Origin: Macrostomum hystrix
Lineage: Eukaryota > Animalia > Platyhelminthes
Reading direction: 5' to 3'
Assembly: GCA_950097015.1 (NCBI GenBank)
Contig: CATNEN010000012.1
Span: 2,418,001-2,482,000 of the forward strand
DNA length: 64,000 bases
Below the pieces are notes generated by a model. It ran no database searches, had not been told where the DNA came from, and saw only the letters and a program-made list of their open reading frames with translations. Below are positions 1 to 10,966 of the stretch, piece after piece; position 1 is the first letter of the stretch; each line of letters opens with the position of its first letter. A program made the position numbers and the translations under genes.

Positions 1-1494
1 TATGCGCACGTCGCAGCACTGCAAGCAGACTCGTGCATTGATATGCATGCCATTGTCAACTCTCTGCATGCCAGCCTATACCATGCAATTGTTTATGTAT
101 GCTAGTGCATGCCAACTTTTCAAATGCATGCTAGAAAATTCTGGCTTGCACTAAATTATCTGGACTATGGCCTTCCTTGGCCTAGAACAGAAACATTTCG
201 CCTATTGTTTTAATTTTATGATTGATGTTTTCCTTATTTTAATTGTATTTAAGGTTCATGTAGTGCTTATAATATAGTTATATCAGTTGTTATTTGTACA
301 ATGGCCATACAAATAACACAACTGTTATGCATTTAGTAAAGACACAAATAACAAAATATTTATTTATACCATATGACAGTGATAAATCTAAAAATGTAAA
401 ATAAGTATTAAATAATACAACAACAAACGCTGCAAGCCCCAAAAGTCAGGGAGGCAATGCTGCAGAGTTAGCTTATAAACAAAGTCCACCCTGTTGGCAG
501 TGTCTGTGCCCTGTCGTCGCTTAGTAGGCAGTCAAGCTAAAATAGTAGAGGGAATTGGTACCTAGACACTTCGTCATCTTACAACTTTGTCATCCAGATG
601 ACGATCTGTCCAATATCTCAGAGGGTGGATGATGAAGAGACTTAGACTTGTGGACACTTTGTCATCTATAAAACAAAAGTTTTCTAAGTTAGAACAGAAC
701 CACCCTCCCCACCCCTCCTCACATCATGTTGGCACCTATCTTTCAACTATTATAATGAAAGCAGTTTTGTCACCTTTTTGACAATTTAGAGTGTGAAGTG
801 TGTTCAAACCTCTGCCAATTTTTTAGAATCTAATGTGTATCTGCAAGATTTGGATATTCATTCCAATATGGCTTGGTGCATACAAAAGTTGTTGATTATG
901 TAGTGATGATGGTGTATTATAACTACATATGACAAGTAGTTAAGCTAGGTAACGACTTGTACAGACATTTTAGGTATAGGCATAGCATGGCATATATAAT
1001 ATGTGCCTGTGTTGGCCTATTCCTACAAGCTGCCATGTTGATAAGGCACACATTATTGGCAAAAATCAATTTTGATAAAAATTGGCACTATCAGCATGGC
1101 ATATGCAAATCCAGGCACCAAATGTGTCTATCTAAACTGCTTATAAAAATAATCTGAGATTCCATTTAACAAAGAAAGGAAACAAAAAACTAATTGTATG
1201 TTAAATTTTAGGCAAAGCAAAAAGTAAAAGAACAGTTTTTTCATAGCTAAAGCTAAAGCCCAATATTAAAGCAAGATTATAACAAAACAATTGTGTTAAT
1301 TGCAAAAATGTATTTATACAAAAACAAATAACAAACTGTTTTGTTACTCTGTCTCAATTTCCTTTTGTTTTTTTTGACTTGGTTGTTTGTATAGTTTTGA
1401 AAAATATGAATCATGTAGTATTGTATTAAAAATCTAAGCTGTTGTAAGCAGACATTGGCTATCTCTGCTTATATGAGTCTGCTTAGAATATGTA

Positions 1495-1701
1495 GAAATA
1501 TGTAATAAGGGAGAGATGAGACAGAAGAGATAACGGGTAAATGAGACAGAAGAGATGACAAGGGGAGAGAGCAGACAGGGAAGAGATAAGACACAGGAGA
1601 GATGAAGCAGATGCTGTATAGTTGTCGGAAGGGGCAACGGGTCGGATTTCGTAGCTTTGTGGGCCGCATCTGGCCTGCGGGCTGGAGCTTGCCAACCCAT
1701 G
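1495..1701 (-). mobile_element. Degenerate, truncated copy of the hAT (Buster/Charlie-type) MITE family
   Basis: 1625-1701 (tcggaaggggcaacgggtcggatttcgtagctttgtgggccgcatctggcctgcgggctggagcttgccaacccatg) aligns to the terminal arm of the copies at 5616 and 30143. It is preceded by decayed gagagatgagac units, and the right flank caatattc fits nnnTAnnn. The other terminus was not found, so the start is approximate. Confidence 0.75.
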
Positions 1702-1754
1702 CAATATTCAATATAAAAGATAATCCCGAAAACCTACAGCTATCTGCCTTAACA

Positions 1755-4712
1755 ATGTGGCTATTAACTGGCAGTCTGTTATCACTGCTGTTGATTCTAT
1801 TACGCAATGACTCAGTGGCTGGGCACAATATTGAGCACCTGCCTGATTGGCTAGTGCTAATCTCTATGGACGGCTTTCGTCACGACTATGTAGACTTGGC
1901 TGAAAAAGCTGGCTTCAACGTTACCGCATTTCGTCGTCTGCAGCGGGAAGGCGTCTCCGGCCGCACGGTCATTGATGACTTTGTATCCAAGACATTTCCA
2001 AATCATTACACTATTGTGACTGGCCTACATGAGGAAAATCACGGCGTCATTGGTAACTCATTTTACGATCCCGATTCAAACCGAGTGTTCAATGTTTCTA
2101 ACAATGCTGAGACGGCTATGTGGGACAATGGTACAACTGGTGACTCGGGCCCAGAGCCGCTGTGGGTGACCGCACAGCGACAAAAGCTGCGCAGCGCCGT
2201 CATTAACTGGCCATCCTCGGCTGCAAAGGTGGGAAATTTATTTTTATTGATTCTCTCGTCCCAGCCTAAGAATCCAACGCCCCATTTTCTCAGCCTAAGA
2301 ATCCAACACCCCATTTTCTCAGCCTAAGAATCCAACACCCCATTTTCTCAGCCTAAGAATCCAACACCCCATTTTCTCAGCCTAAGAATCCAACACCCCA
2401 TTTTCTCAGCCTAAGAATCCAACACCCCATTTTCTCAGCCTAAGAATCCAACACAGCAATTCCTTGTCCCAGCTTAAGAATCTAACACCCCATTTTCTCG
2501 TCCCAGCTTAAGAAACCACAGCCCCTTTTTCTAGTCCGAGTTCAAGAATCCAACACCCCAAATTCTCGTCCTAGCTTATTAATCCGGCACCACTATTTTC
2601 TTGTCCTATCTTATGCACCGGAAATCCCATTTTGTCGTCCCAGCTCCGGTAACCGCGCATTCATTTTTCTGGCCACTTTACTCCAGATAAAATCGGCCTA
2701 CCCGACGTACAGCTTCGGCCTGTTCAGCTTCTCGAACGCAATGCGGGCTGACTATTACATTGAGCGAATCGCCAATTGGTTCGAAACTGACAATCATTGC
2801 CGGCTTGCCTTGCTCTATCTGCCTGAGCCGGACTTCACTGGTCACGCTTACGGTCCGAATAGTACAGAGGTTAGTGCTTTCACATTGGTCTCATTAGGAT
2901 ATCTACGTGTTCCAATTCAATTTAGTTGTTAATTCTCTAAACGCAGGTGCTGAAAATAGTCCAGAAACTCAATGACCATCTGAATAGTTTGCTGAATCGA
3001 TTAGCGTCAAGTAAGGCGCTGCGCGGTCGGGTCAATATCGTGCTAACCAGCGATCACGGCATGACAAACCTAGACTTGAACCGAGTCATCTTCATGGACG
3101 AAATCGTTGACAGAAGCCTGTACAGAGCGCACTCCAGCTATGATCACACCTACTGGCAACTGTGGCCAGTAAAGGGCAAGGAGGAGGAAGTCTATCAGAA
3201 GCTTAAAGCGGCTAGCGACAAATCTAATCAATTCCGCGTCATGCGCCGCGGCGACCCTTGGCTGGTATGTAACCTATCACCCAAGACCCGTCTAACAGGG
3301 GGATCACCCATAACCCGTCTAACAGGGGGGATCACCCATAACCCGTCCAACAGGGGGGATCACCCATAACCCGTCTAACAGGGGGGATCACCCATAACCC
3401 GTCTAACAGGGGGGATCACCCATAACCCGTCTAACAGGGGGGATCACCCATAACCCGTCTAACAGGGGGGATCACCCATAACCCGTCTAACAGGGGGGAT
3501 CACCCATAACCCGTCCAACAGGGGGGATCACCCATAACCCGTCTAACAGGGGGGTCGGTGGCAAAGCGTTTGACGCGTTCGCGTCTCACACCAAGGTCCC
3601 TGAGCTCGATTCCGCGGCGAGGCCACATTAATTTGGGGCGCAGCCGCGGAGAGAAGGCTTGGGGGCTTGTCGTGCAATTTACGCCTGTGGGGGCCAAACT
3701 CCAAGGCACAGTGAGAGTACACTGCCTGACAATGAGAAAGTCAGGGCAGATGTACGCACCTGTGTGAGCGTGTGCCTGCGCGTACGGTATCTGTGTGCGT
3801 GTGTGCTCAGGAGTCAGCGAAATGGGCAGAATTGCCTCCTCGCTGGCTTCTGGGCTAGTGTCACCAAATGATTTGCCACTGCCCGCAGCCCTCTTGCAAA
3901 TACTAATTTGCTCGTATTATTTTTTTATTATCACCCATATATCAATTTTTCTTTCTCGTCGCTATTCGTTTCTCATTTTCCTTCTCTCTCCTCTTTCTTT
4001 TGTAGAGTTATCTCGCCTCCTCTACTCCCCTCCTCTGAACACTCATGGTCCTATCTTCTCAACAAAGAAAGAAATAACTACAAAAATGTAATTTCAGATC
4101 CGGAGCCACTTTAACTATAATAGGCGCATCTCGCCAATCATGGTGCTAGCAAATCTAGGCGCAGTTCTAGTCTGGAACAGAACCAGCGAGGATTACAATT
4201 ATGTCAAAACTAAAAAGCGAATAGGCGATCACGGCTACAACAACTCCGAACCGGATATGCATCCGATCTTCTTCGCCTGGGGTCCGGCGTTTGTTGCCAA
4301 CCGGACAGTGTCCCGCGTGCGCCTAGTTGACATCTACCCGCTGTGCTGCCGCCTACTTGGCATTCATCCGGCTGCGCACGACGCCGGCTCTGACCTGGCG
4401 GCGCCAATCAAAGCCGTCCTGACCAATCAGGACGATGACGACGACGATGAAGACTCTGGCAAAGCATTCTTCTATCTGTCGTCAACCCTGGTGACCACAT
4501 TCGCCTCATTCTTATTGGTTGCCTGCTTCACCAGCGTGTTCGCCCTAGGCGCTATGCGGGCCTACCGGACTAGTCTGTATCGGCGAAATCGGCGATTCGG
4601 TTTATTAGACGATGATTCTATGAATAGCGGCGGCGGCATCGGTGGTCGGGGCGGACGAGGATCGAATCACAATGACCATCTACCGTTGAGTCTGGATGAT
4701 GAAGACTTGTGA
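1755..4712 (+). CDS. Ectonucleotide pyrophosphatase/phosphodiesterase, ENPP4/5-like, signal peptide + C-terminal TM, ~529 aa; exons 1755-2228, 2687-2869, 2947-3264, 4098-4712
   Basis: Motifs ISMDGFR, SKTFPNHYTIVTG (catalytic Thr), EPDFTGHAYGP, TSDHGM, GDHGY and DMHPIFFAWGP. All three introns are GT-AG, phase 0, and the frames join. N-terminal hydrophobic MWLLTGSLLSLLLILL and a C-terminal hydrophobic segment. Confidence 0.93.
2255..2600. repeat. 29-bp minisatellite (ctcagcctaagaatccaacaccccatttt) in ENPP intron 1
   Basis: About 7 near-identical units followed by degenerate ones, starting ~25 bp after the donor. Confidence 0.95.
3280..3554. repeat. 28-bp minisatellite (cataacccgtctaacaggggggatcacc) in ENPP intron 3
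   Basis: cataac recurs at 3365, 3393 and 3421 (period 28); about 9 units. Confidence 0.95.
3551..3902 (+). mobile_element. tRNA-derived SINE, family A, copy 1
   Basis: Head ggggtcggtggcaaagcg...gagctcgattcc with A-box/B-box-like motifs; colinear and highly similar over ~350 bp to the inverted copy at 7672-8040. Confidence 0.85.
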
Positions 4713-4909
4713 TTTGAGTTGACTGTTTTTGTAAAACATGCCTTTCTTTTCATTAGTTTATTCTTTGTCATCTTATAATGTAGTCAAATACACGGCTAGC
4801 TTTCATGCTAGTCAAATGCACAAAGCTGACAAAGGAGACCTGTCCCTTTATTTAATAATTGTCATAATTAACATATGATCCAATCAATGCCTCTTCAATC
4901 AGTTAGTTG

Positions 4910-4962
4910 TCTATTTTTAGTAACACTTCTATTTTTAGTAACACTTCTATTTTTAGTAACAA
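4910..4962. repeat. Short 18-bp tandem repeat (ttctatttttagtaacac) x3
   Basis: Directly visible triplication. Confidence 0.8.
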
Positions 4963-5615
4963 TTGAAATATTCATAGATAATTGCCAATCGCTCAAAGTA
5001 ACGTATTTGTTAACTATTACTGTTAGTAGAGTAGTTGTATTTTTCTGAAAATTTTTTTCAAAGTGTTGACAAAAACAGTGCTTCTAACTTGATATGTTTA
5101 TGTATTGTTGTTTTAAAAGTTTGGTCAGCTTAAGTTACTTTAGTCATAGGATTATTATTTACGGTTTGTTTACTTTTGGGCTAATAAAGTTTTTATTTAA
5201 TCATTAAATCCCTCGCCAATTTTTATCTTCATTTGTACCTGCTATGCTTAAATGTGGAGTTTTCTATTGTCATGTTATATTGTGTTGACTTGTATTTGTT
5301 TGGCTTTCTGCTTGCTTTTTTCTGTTAATTTTTTGTGTTGCTCTTTACCTGCTTGTCCTACTGTTTGGCTTAAATTATTGTTAAACAAAAATTAATTATT
5401 TAAACAGATTCTTTGGCCGAATTAAAGGCAATAAAGAATTTCGTGTGTCTTCGAAATCTGATTGGCTGTGAATGATTGAAGTTGTTTCTATTTTTAGATA
5501 CACTTGCAAGGGAAACCCTTGGAAGCCTCGCGCAGTCCTAAGCAAGATACCAATTAATAAAAGTAATAATTTGCTTGTCTGCTTTTGCAAATTTTATAAA
5601 ACTCTTCCTGTAGAC

Positions 5616-6487
5616 CAGGGGTCGGCAAACTCCGGCCCGCGGGCCAGATGCGGCCCTCGAAGCTCCCAAATCCGGCCCGTTGCCCATTCCGACATCTACA
5701 GTATCCTGTCTCGTCTCTCCCCTGTAATATCTCTCCCCTGTCTCATCGCTCCCCTGTCCCCTGTGTCCTTTCTCTCCCGTGTCTCATCTCTCCCCTGTCT
5801 GAACTCTCCCGCGTCTCATCTCTCCCGTGTCTCATCTCTCCCGTGTCTCATCTCTCCCGTGTCTCATCTCTCCCGTCTCATCTCTCCAGTGTCTCGTCTC
5901 TTCCCTGTCTCATCTCACCTGTGTCTCATCTCTCCTGTGTCTCATCTCTCCCGTGTCTCATCTCTCCCCTGTCTGAACTCTCCCGCGTCTCATCTCTCCC
6001 GTGTCTCATCTCTCCCGTGTCTCATCTCTCCCGTGTCTCATCTCTCCCGTGTCTCATGTCTCCCGTGTCTCAAATCTCCCGTGTCTCATCTCTCCCGTCT
6101 CATCTCTCCAGTGTCTCGTCTCTTCCCTGTCTCATCTCACCTGTGTCTCATCTCACCTGTGTCTCATCTCTCCCGTGTCTCATCTCTCCCCTGTCTGAAC
6201 TCTCCCGCGTCTCATCTCTCCCGTGTCTCATCTCTCCCGTGTCTCAACTCTCCCGTGTCTCATCTCTCCCGTGTCTCATCTCTCCCGTGTCTCAACTCTC
6301 CCGTGTCTCAACTCTCCCGTGTCTCATCTCTCCCCTGTCTCAACTCTCCCGCTTCTTATCTCTCCCGTGTCTCATCTCTCCGGTGTCTCATCTCTACATT
6401 GTCTCATATTTTTACAGTCAATGCGGCCCGCTGTCGTCTTTTAGGTTCTCTATTTGGCCCGCTAGCTAATAAGTTTGTCGACCCCTG
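5616..6487 (+). mobile_element. Non-autonomous hAT MITE (Buster/Charlie type) with internal 16-bp array (ccgtgtctcatctctc)
   Basis: TIRs caggggtcggcaaac / gtttgtcgacccctg; perfect 8-bp TSD CTGTAGAC (5608-5615 and 6488-6495); internal array ~5704-6400. Confidence 0.95.
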
Positions 6488-6789
6488 CTGTAGACTGACA
6501 AGGTGTGCATGTATTTATTTTTTAATTCACGCTGGCGGTCTGGTGATAGGATTTTTTTACTCGCTATCTATGCCTACACACTAATTCTATAGAGCACTGA
6601 GGTTTTGTGTGCCAACAGTCAACAAGCTTGCAAATAAATGATCAACATCAATGCTGCTGCTATGCCGCTGCTGCTAATAATGACAAAATTAGTAATTCTG
6701 CAATAACTCATTGTTCTACTGTTTTCTAATCAACGAACTTTACTTTTGTCATTTATATTTTGATCTTTCTATTCTATTTTTTATCCACC

Positions 6790-6990
6790 ATTAGATCAGG
6801 CTACTCTGTCCACCTGTAGATCAGGCTACTCTGTCCACCTGTAGATCAGGCTACTCTGTCCACCTGTAGATCAGGCTACTCTGCCCACCTGTAAATCAGG
6901 CTACTCTGTCCACCTGTAGATCAATCTACTCTATTCACCTGTAGATCTGGCTACTCTGTCCACCTGTAGATCAGGCTACTCTGTTCACCT
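6790..6990. repeat. 25-bp minisatellite (agatcaggctactctgtccacctgt) x8
   Basis: agatc at 6793 and 6818 etc., period 25. Confidence 0.95.
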
Positions 6991-7671
6991 AGGGTAACGA
7001 GGCTATTGGCTGGACTAAAAAATTAGGAAAATGGTCTTTGGTATCTAATTTGCATAGGGGCAGCTTTTCCTCAAATTCGCTGCTTCTCGCGTCGCTGCAT
7101 TTGGGAATGCGTGCTGGGGCCTAGAAACAATCTCAGTGGACGGACATCAAGCCGAGCTTCTGTTGCAGACAATCAGCTAGGCGATTAGCGCCAACCCCGA
7201 CGGGACTAATCTTCTATCAGCCCTCTTTGCTGGTAGAAGATTGTGGCCTCCTTTGTTGCATCGCCTCATTTTCTTGGGATTTAGCGATCAAACAAGGAGA
7301 CTTGCCCTCGTGGTAAGGGTCCCGCTGGTCTGGAGTTTAGACCAGTTGTCGAGCTTTTGGGATTATTTTCCTCACTTCCTCATTTCGATAAGTCAAATTG
7401 GTGTGTTAGAATCGAAATAGAACTAACTGTTCGTGCTTGTCTTATCTTTCATTTTGCGTCATTGGGTTTGGTTTGGCATTCGGAACAGCTTCAAACCAGT
7501 CGCTTCTGGTTGAGAACGGAGTTTTTAGAAGTTTTTCTCTTGAACTTTTCCATTCTGTTGGATGGAGCTTTTATTCTGTTTCTCTATTTTTAAGAACCAT
7601 GTCATAAATGTTACTGTCGTTCCGTGCGTGAGCCGAATGAACGCTGTTTGGTCATTCAATGAACTTATTAT

Positions 7672-8040
7672 GATTATTTTTATTTTTATTTTATTTATTT
7701 GCAGGAGGGCTTCGGGCAATAGCACAACATTTGGTGACACTAGACCCGCAGCCAGCTAGGAGGCAATTCTGCCCATTTCGCTGACTCCTGAGCACACGCT
7801 GATACCGTACACAGGCACACGCTCACACAGGTGTGTACATCTGACTTGACTTTCTCATCGTCAGGCAGTGTACACTTCACTGTGCCTTGTAGGTTTGCCC
7901 TCAAGGGCGTAAATGGCACGACAGGCTCCCAAGCCTTCTCTCCGCGGCCGCGCCCCAAATGAATGTGGCCTCGCCGCGGAATCGAACTAAGGGACCGTGG
8001 TGCGAGAGGCAAATGCGTTAACTGCTCTGCCACCGACCCC
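7672..8040 (-). mobile_element. tRNA-derived SINE, family A, copy 2
   Basis: The reverse complement starts GGGGTCGGTGGCAGAGCAGTT (A-box) ... AGTTCGATTCC (B-box) and ends gccctcctgcaaataaataaaataaaaat (A-rich tail); homologous to 3551-3902. Confidence 0.88.
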
Positions 8041-8099
8041 TGTCATTTAATGAAAGACTACTATAAATTCGAAGTACGCATATATTTGAATAATATTTG

Positions 8100-8385
8100 A
8101 TTGCACATGCCTCGATTGGGTCTGATTTGCAGCCGACAGCACAGCCGCAGCTATAGCACGGAGCATCTGAAGGCTGCGTACGGCTGTTCAGTCCATGGAC
8201 TGGGGGGAAGCCACACCCACCCTCAATTACGCCAGTTAATGCTGGTACCCATTTAACAGCTGGGTGAACTGAAACAATGCAGAGTTAAGTGTCTTACTTA
8301 GGTTCACAAATTGTTCCAGTGGTGTCTCGAACCCCCAGCCTTCAAGTCGTGAGTCCGATGCTCCATACACTAAACTACAACCCCC
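8100..8385 (-). mobile_element. tRNA-headed CORE-like SINE, family B
   Basis: The reverse complement has TAGTTTAGTG (A-box-like) and GGTTCGAGAC (B-box), then cctaagtaagacacttaactctgcattgtttcagttcacccagctgttaaatgggtacc, which resembles the CORE-type central domain. Confidence 0.75.
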
Positions 8386-8390
8386 TAGTA

Positions 8391-8670
8391 CAGGGGTCGG
8401 CAAACTTATTAGCTAGCGGGACAAAGAGGGAACCTAGAAGACGACAGCGGGCCGCATTGACTGTAGAAATATGAGATAGGGGAGAGATGAGACAGAGACT
8501 TAAGAGATTATGGGGGAATATGAGACACGGGATAAATGATACACAGGAGAGATGAGACATAAGAGAGATGAGACGCGGGAGAGATGAGACATAAGAGAGA
8601 TGAGACGCGGGAGAGATGAGACATAAGAGAGATGAGACGCGGGAGAGATGAGACGCGGGAGAGATGAGAC
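8391..8670 (-). mobile_element. Truncated copy of the hAT MITE family (one arm plus part of the array)
   Basis: caggggtcggcaaacttattagctagcggg...gacgacagcgggccgcattgactgta matches the inverted right arm of 5616-6487, followed by gagagatgagac units. The flank ccctagta fits nnnTAnnn. The second TIR is absent. Confidence 0.88.
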
Positions 8671-9129
8671 CGTGTTTACTTCAGTAATTACACGTAGCAT
8701 CAATGAAGCAGCTTAGTAGAATGTAGAATTGTATATTATTACTTCCATCACTTTTTGTCTCGACCTTCTCAAGAGAGACGAATACTTTTAACCGGACTGT
8801 CTTTCCTGTTACTTAAATAAGTTTCACCTGTATATTTTTCTGACATATTCTACATAAATAATTTATTATATAGCGTTATCGTTATCATAGTAACGATAAT
8901 AGTGTAATAGTGTTTAGTACCGTATCATTCGGTAAAAAGCATTGACTAAAGACAAGTTAAGAGGCCACGCAGCCAATGTGTCAAGCATACCGCATGGACA
9001 ATTGTACAGTTATGTTGCTAAACAATACTTTTTTACGTGCTTTGCTTTCCAGCTTAAACAGAAACTTTGTGTGCGGTTCTAAAACTGATACTTAGGTGCA
9101 GGAGTCACTTGGGTGCACAGTTTGACGTT

Positions 9130-10758
9130 TTAGTCGTGCTGCACTGCGTCCAACATTGTTGACCTCCGGTCGCCTTCGTCCGCATCGCTGACGCAGTCCA
9201 CCTCGTCATTCTCCTCGTCCGCGTCAGTAGCCGCTACGGCTGAGCGCTTGCGCACGCTGTGAATGCGGATACTTGGAGGCTGCGGTCGCAGCAGGCCCGA
9301 AGATGGGGAATCCAGCTGCTGGCTGAATTGAGCGCAGCCGAGTACTGGCGTTGTCTCGGTCACCGAATCCGACTGATGCTGAACGAGATACAGCCTGAGG
9401 AAGCAGCACATGAGGAAGAAGTGCAGACCGGCGTCAAGACTGAACACCATGCCGGGGAACATGTCAACTGTGGCGCCGTAGATCGGGTTGAACATGGCTG
9501 GACCCAGCAGGTTGGCCAAAGCTTCAGCGCATGACAGCAGCGAGAAGGTCTGCCCGGTCTCGCTCTCGTCAACCAGCTTGGATGTCATCGACTTGGTGGC
9601 CGATACGATGAATCCAGCGAAGCAGCCGAGCACAGCGCTGGCGAACAGCAGCCAGGTGGTCTCAGCCAGGCTGGTGATCACCAATCGAACGGTTTTCATC
9701 AGCAGTCCAAACGCCACCAAGGCTGCATCCGACGGCTGTAGGTAGCGGGTGAGCAGCGGCAGAGCCAGCATCAGGTTCAGCCCCATGCAGGCGTAATAGA
9801 CTGACAGGTAGTAGCCGTAGTACTCGCCTGGCCACTTAAACGGTTCGTGCTCCACAAACAGCAGGATGACATCCTGCTCGCCCTGCTTACAGATCTGATT
9901 TATGCATAGCGATGCAAATAGAAAGATGAGGCTCAACTGCTGGGGTCGCTTCTGCATCAGGAAGCCGATTGAGTCCCGCACGGAAAGGCTCCAAGTGGCT
10001 GTGTTCACACAGGGGCATGCGAGCTGAGCGCAGTTGGCAGTGTCCGCGGTGTCCACAGACTCGCGCACCAGAACAACAATGGCTACCTCAAGCAGAAGGT
10101 TGACAACAACATTCACAATCAGCATGGTGTGAATGTCGCCCATGCTTTGAAAAACGCCAGTTAGCAGCGAGCCGAAGAATATGCCAAAGAAGTTCATTGC
10201 CAGCAGGCGGCCAAGCAGTTCTGTGCGATCTTCGCGGCTGCTTGTGTCGGCCACGTAGCTGGTGCAGGCCATTGTCATTACGGTGGATTTTCCAAAGAAT
10301 CCGTAGATGGTGGCGCCAATCATCACCCAGGCTAGAGTGGCGGTGCCGGGCATCGTGCTGACAGCGAAGCAGAACACGGCCAGAACAGCCCCCAACGGTG
10401 GCAGCATCATGGGATACTTGCGGCCCACCCGATCACTCCATGATCCTGCGAACAGGCAGAAGAACACGGCCGGCAGGTTGAGCAGAATTCGATAGGCTAA
10501 CAGATAGTTTGAAGCTGTACGCTGCATGTCATTCTGCCTCTCCACAGACACTACTGCAGGCGGCTGGTGTGACTGGGACCAGGCGTTAGGCTTCTGGGTG
10601 TTGCATACCTCTGCTGGTAGACCCTCGGCTAGGCACACCTCCTGATAGATGTAAATTCTGATCGACGGCTGGAGGAGACTCTCTGAAGACTTGTAAAGAA
10701 AGAAGATGAGCAGCACAAGGTAGGAGGAGATCTTTCTCTTTGCTGCGTCTGTAAGCAT
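9130..10758 (-). CDS. MFS transporter, SLC46/proton-coupled folate transporter-like, intronless, 542 aa
   Basis: About 12 hydrophobic segments; GSWSDRVGRK (MFS motif A-like), GEQDVILLFV-HEPFKW and KSMTSKLVDESETGQTF are typical of SLC46 members. Confidence 0.9.
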   Translation of the reverse strand: MLTDAAKRKISSYLVLLIFFLYKSSESLLQPSIRIYIYQEVCLAEGLPAEVCNTQKPNAWSQSHQPPAVVSVERQNDMQRTASNYLLAYRILLNLPAVFFCLFAGSWSDRVGRKYPMMLPPLGAVLAVFCFAVSTMPGTATLAWVMIGATIYGFFGKSTVMTMACTSYVADTSSREDRTELLGRLLAMNFFGIFFGSLLTGVFQSMGDIHTMLIVNVVVNLLLEVAIVVLVRESVDTADTANCAQLACPCVNTATWSLSVRDSIGFLMQKRPQQLSLIFLFASLCINQICKQGEQDVILLFVEHEPFKWPGEYYGYYLSVYYACMGLNLMLALPLLTRYLQPSDAALVAFGLLMKTVRLVITSLAETTWLLFASAVLGCFAGFIVSATKSMTSKLVDESETGQTFSLLSCAEALANLLGPAMFNPIYGATVDMFPGMVFSLDAGLHFFLMCCFLRLYLVQHQSDSVTETTPVLGCAQFSQQLDSPSSGLLRPQPPSIRIHSVRKRSAVAATDADEENDEVDCVSDADEGDRRSTMLDAVQHD

Positions 10759-10937
10759 TTTCCCTTATCTAAGGGGAATATTGTAGCGAAGAACTTTACG
10801 ACACGATTGCGGGTATTTTTTGCTGGTTAGAATTGTGTCCAGAAATGCCTCATTTAGGTTTTCTTGAGTCAGAAGTAGTCTTTTTTATCTGTTTTTGCTC
10901 CAAAGATTTTATTCTAAACATTTTTATGCAGATGCGG

Positions 10938-10966
10938 CCATTGGAGGCGCTCTCGCTTGCCATTGG
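10938..10966 (-). promoter_or_regulatory. Two CCAAT boxes upstream of the SLC46-like gene
   Basis: ccattgg occurs twice, 22 bp apart, in a GC-richer patch ~180-210 bp upstream of the ATG; function is inferred. Confidence 0.3.

Noticed and set aside
3547-3558. SINE A 5' end (caggggtcgg) identical to the first 10 nt of the hAT MITE TIR
   Set aside because: It is a short G-rich match; the SINE has an A-rich tail and no inverted terminus or 8-bp TSD.
3717-3755. SECIS-like AUGA/AAA in the SINE A hairpin
   Set aside because: AUGA lies in the apical loop rather than at a GA/GA quartet, and there is no selenoprotein UGA nearby.
5472-6584. 370-aa and 273-aa ORFs (SHLSRVSSLPCL repeats) and similar ORFs at 15556, 21196-25020, 45157, 50329-52795, 58537-60081
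   Set aside because: They are translations of stop-free minisatellites or MITE arrays, with no domain and no coding context.
7845-7870. Hammerhead-like CUGACGA...GAAA on the minus strand of SINE A copy 2
   Set aside because: There is no room for stem II and no stem III/NUH partner; copy 1 has CTGACAA; the segment pairs as a simple hairpin instead.
9224-10495. Short overlapping or antisense ORFs within the real genes (also inside 35893-40035 and 26889-28211)
   Set aside because: They are shadow frames of GC-rich coding sequence.
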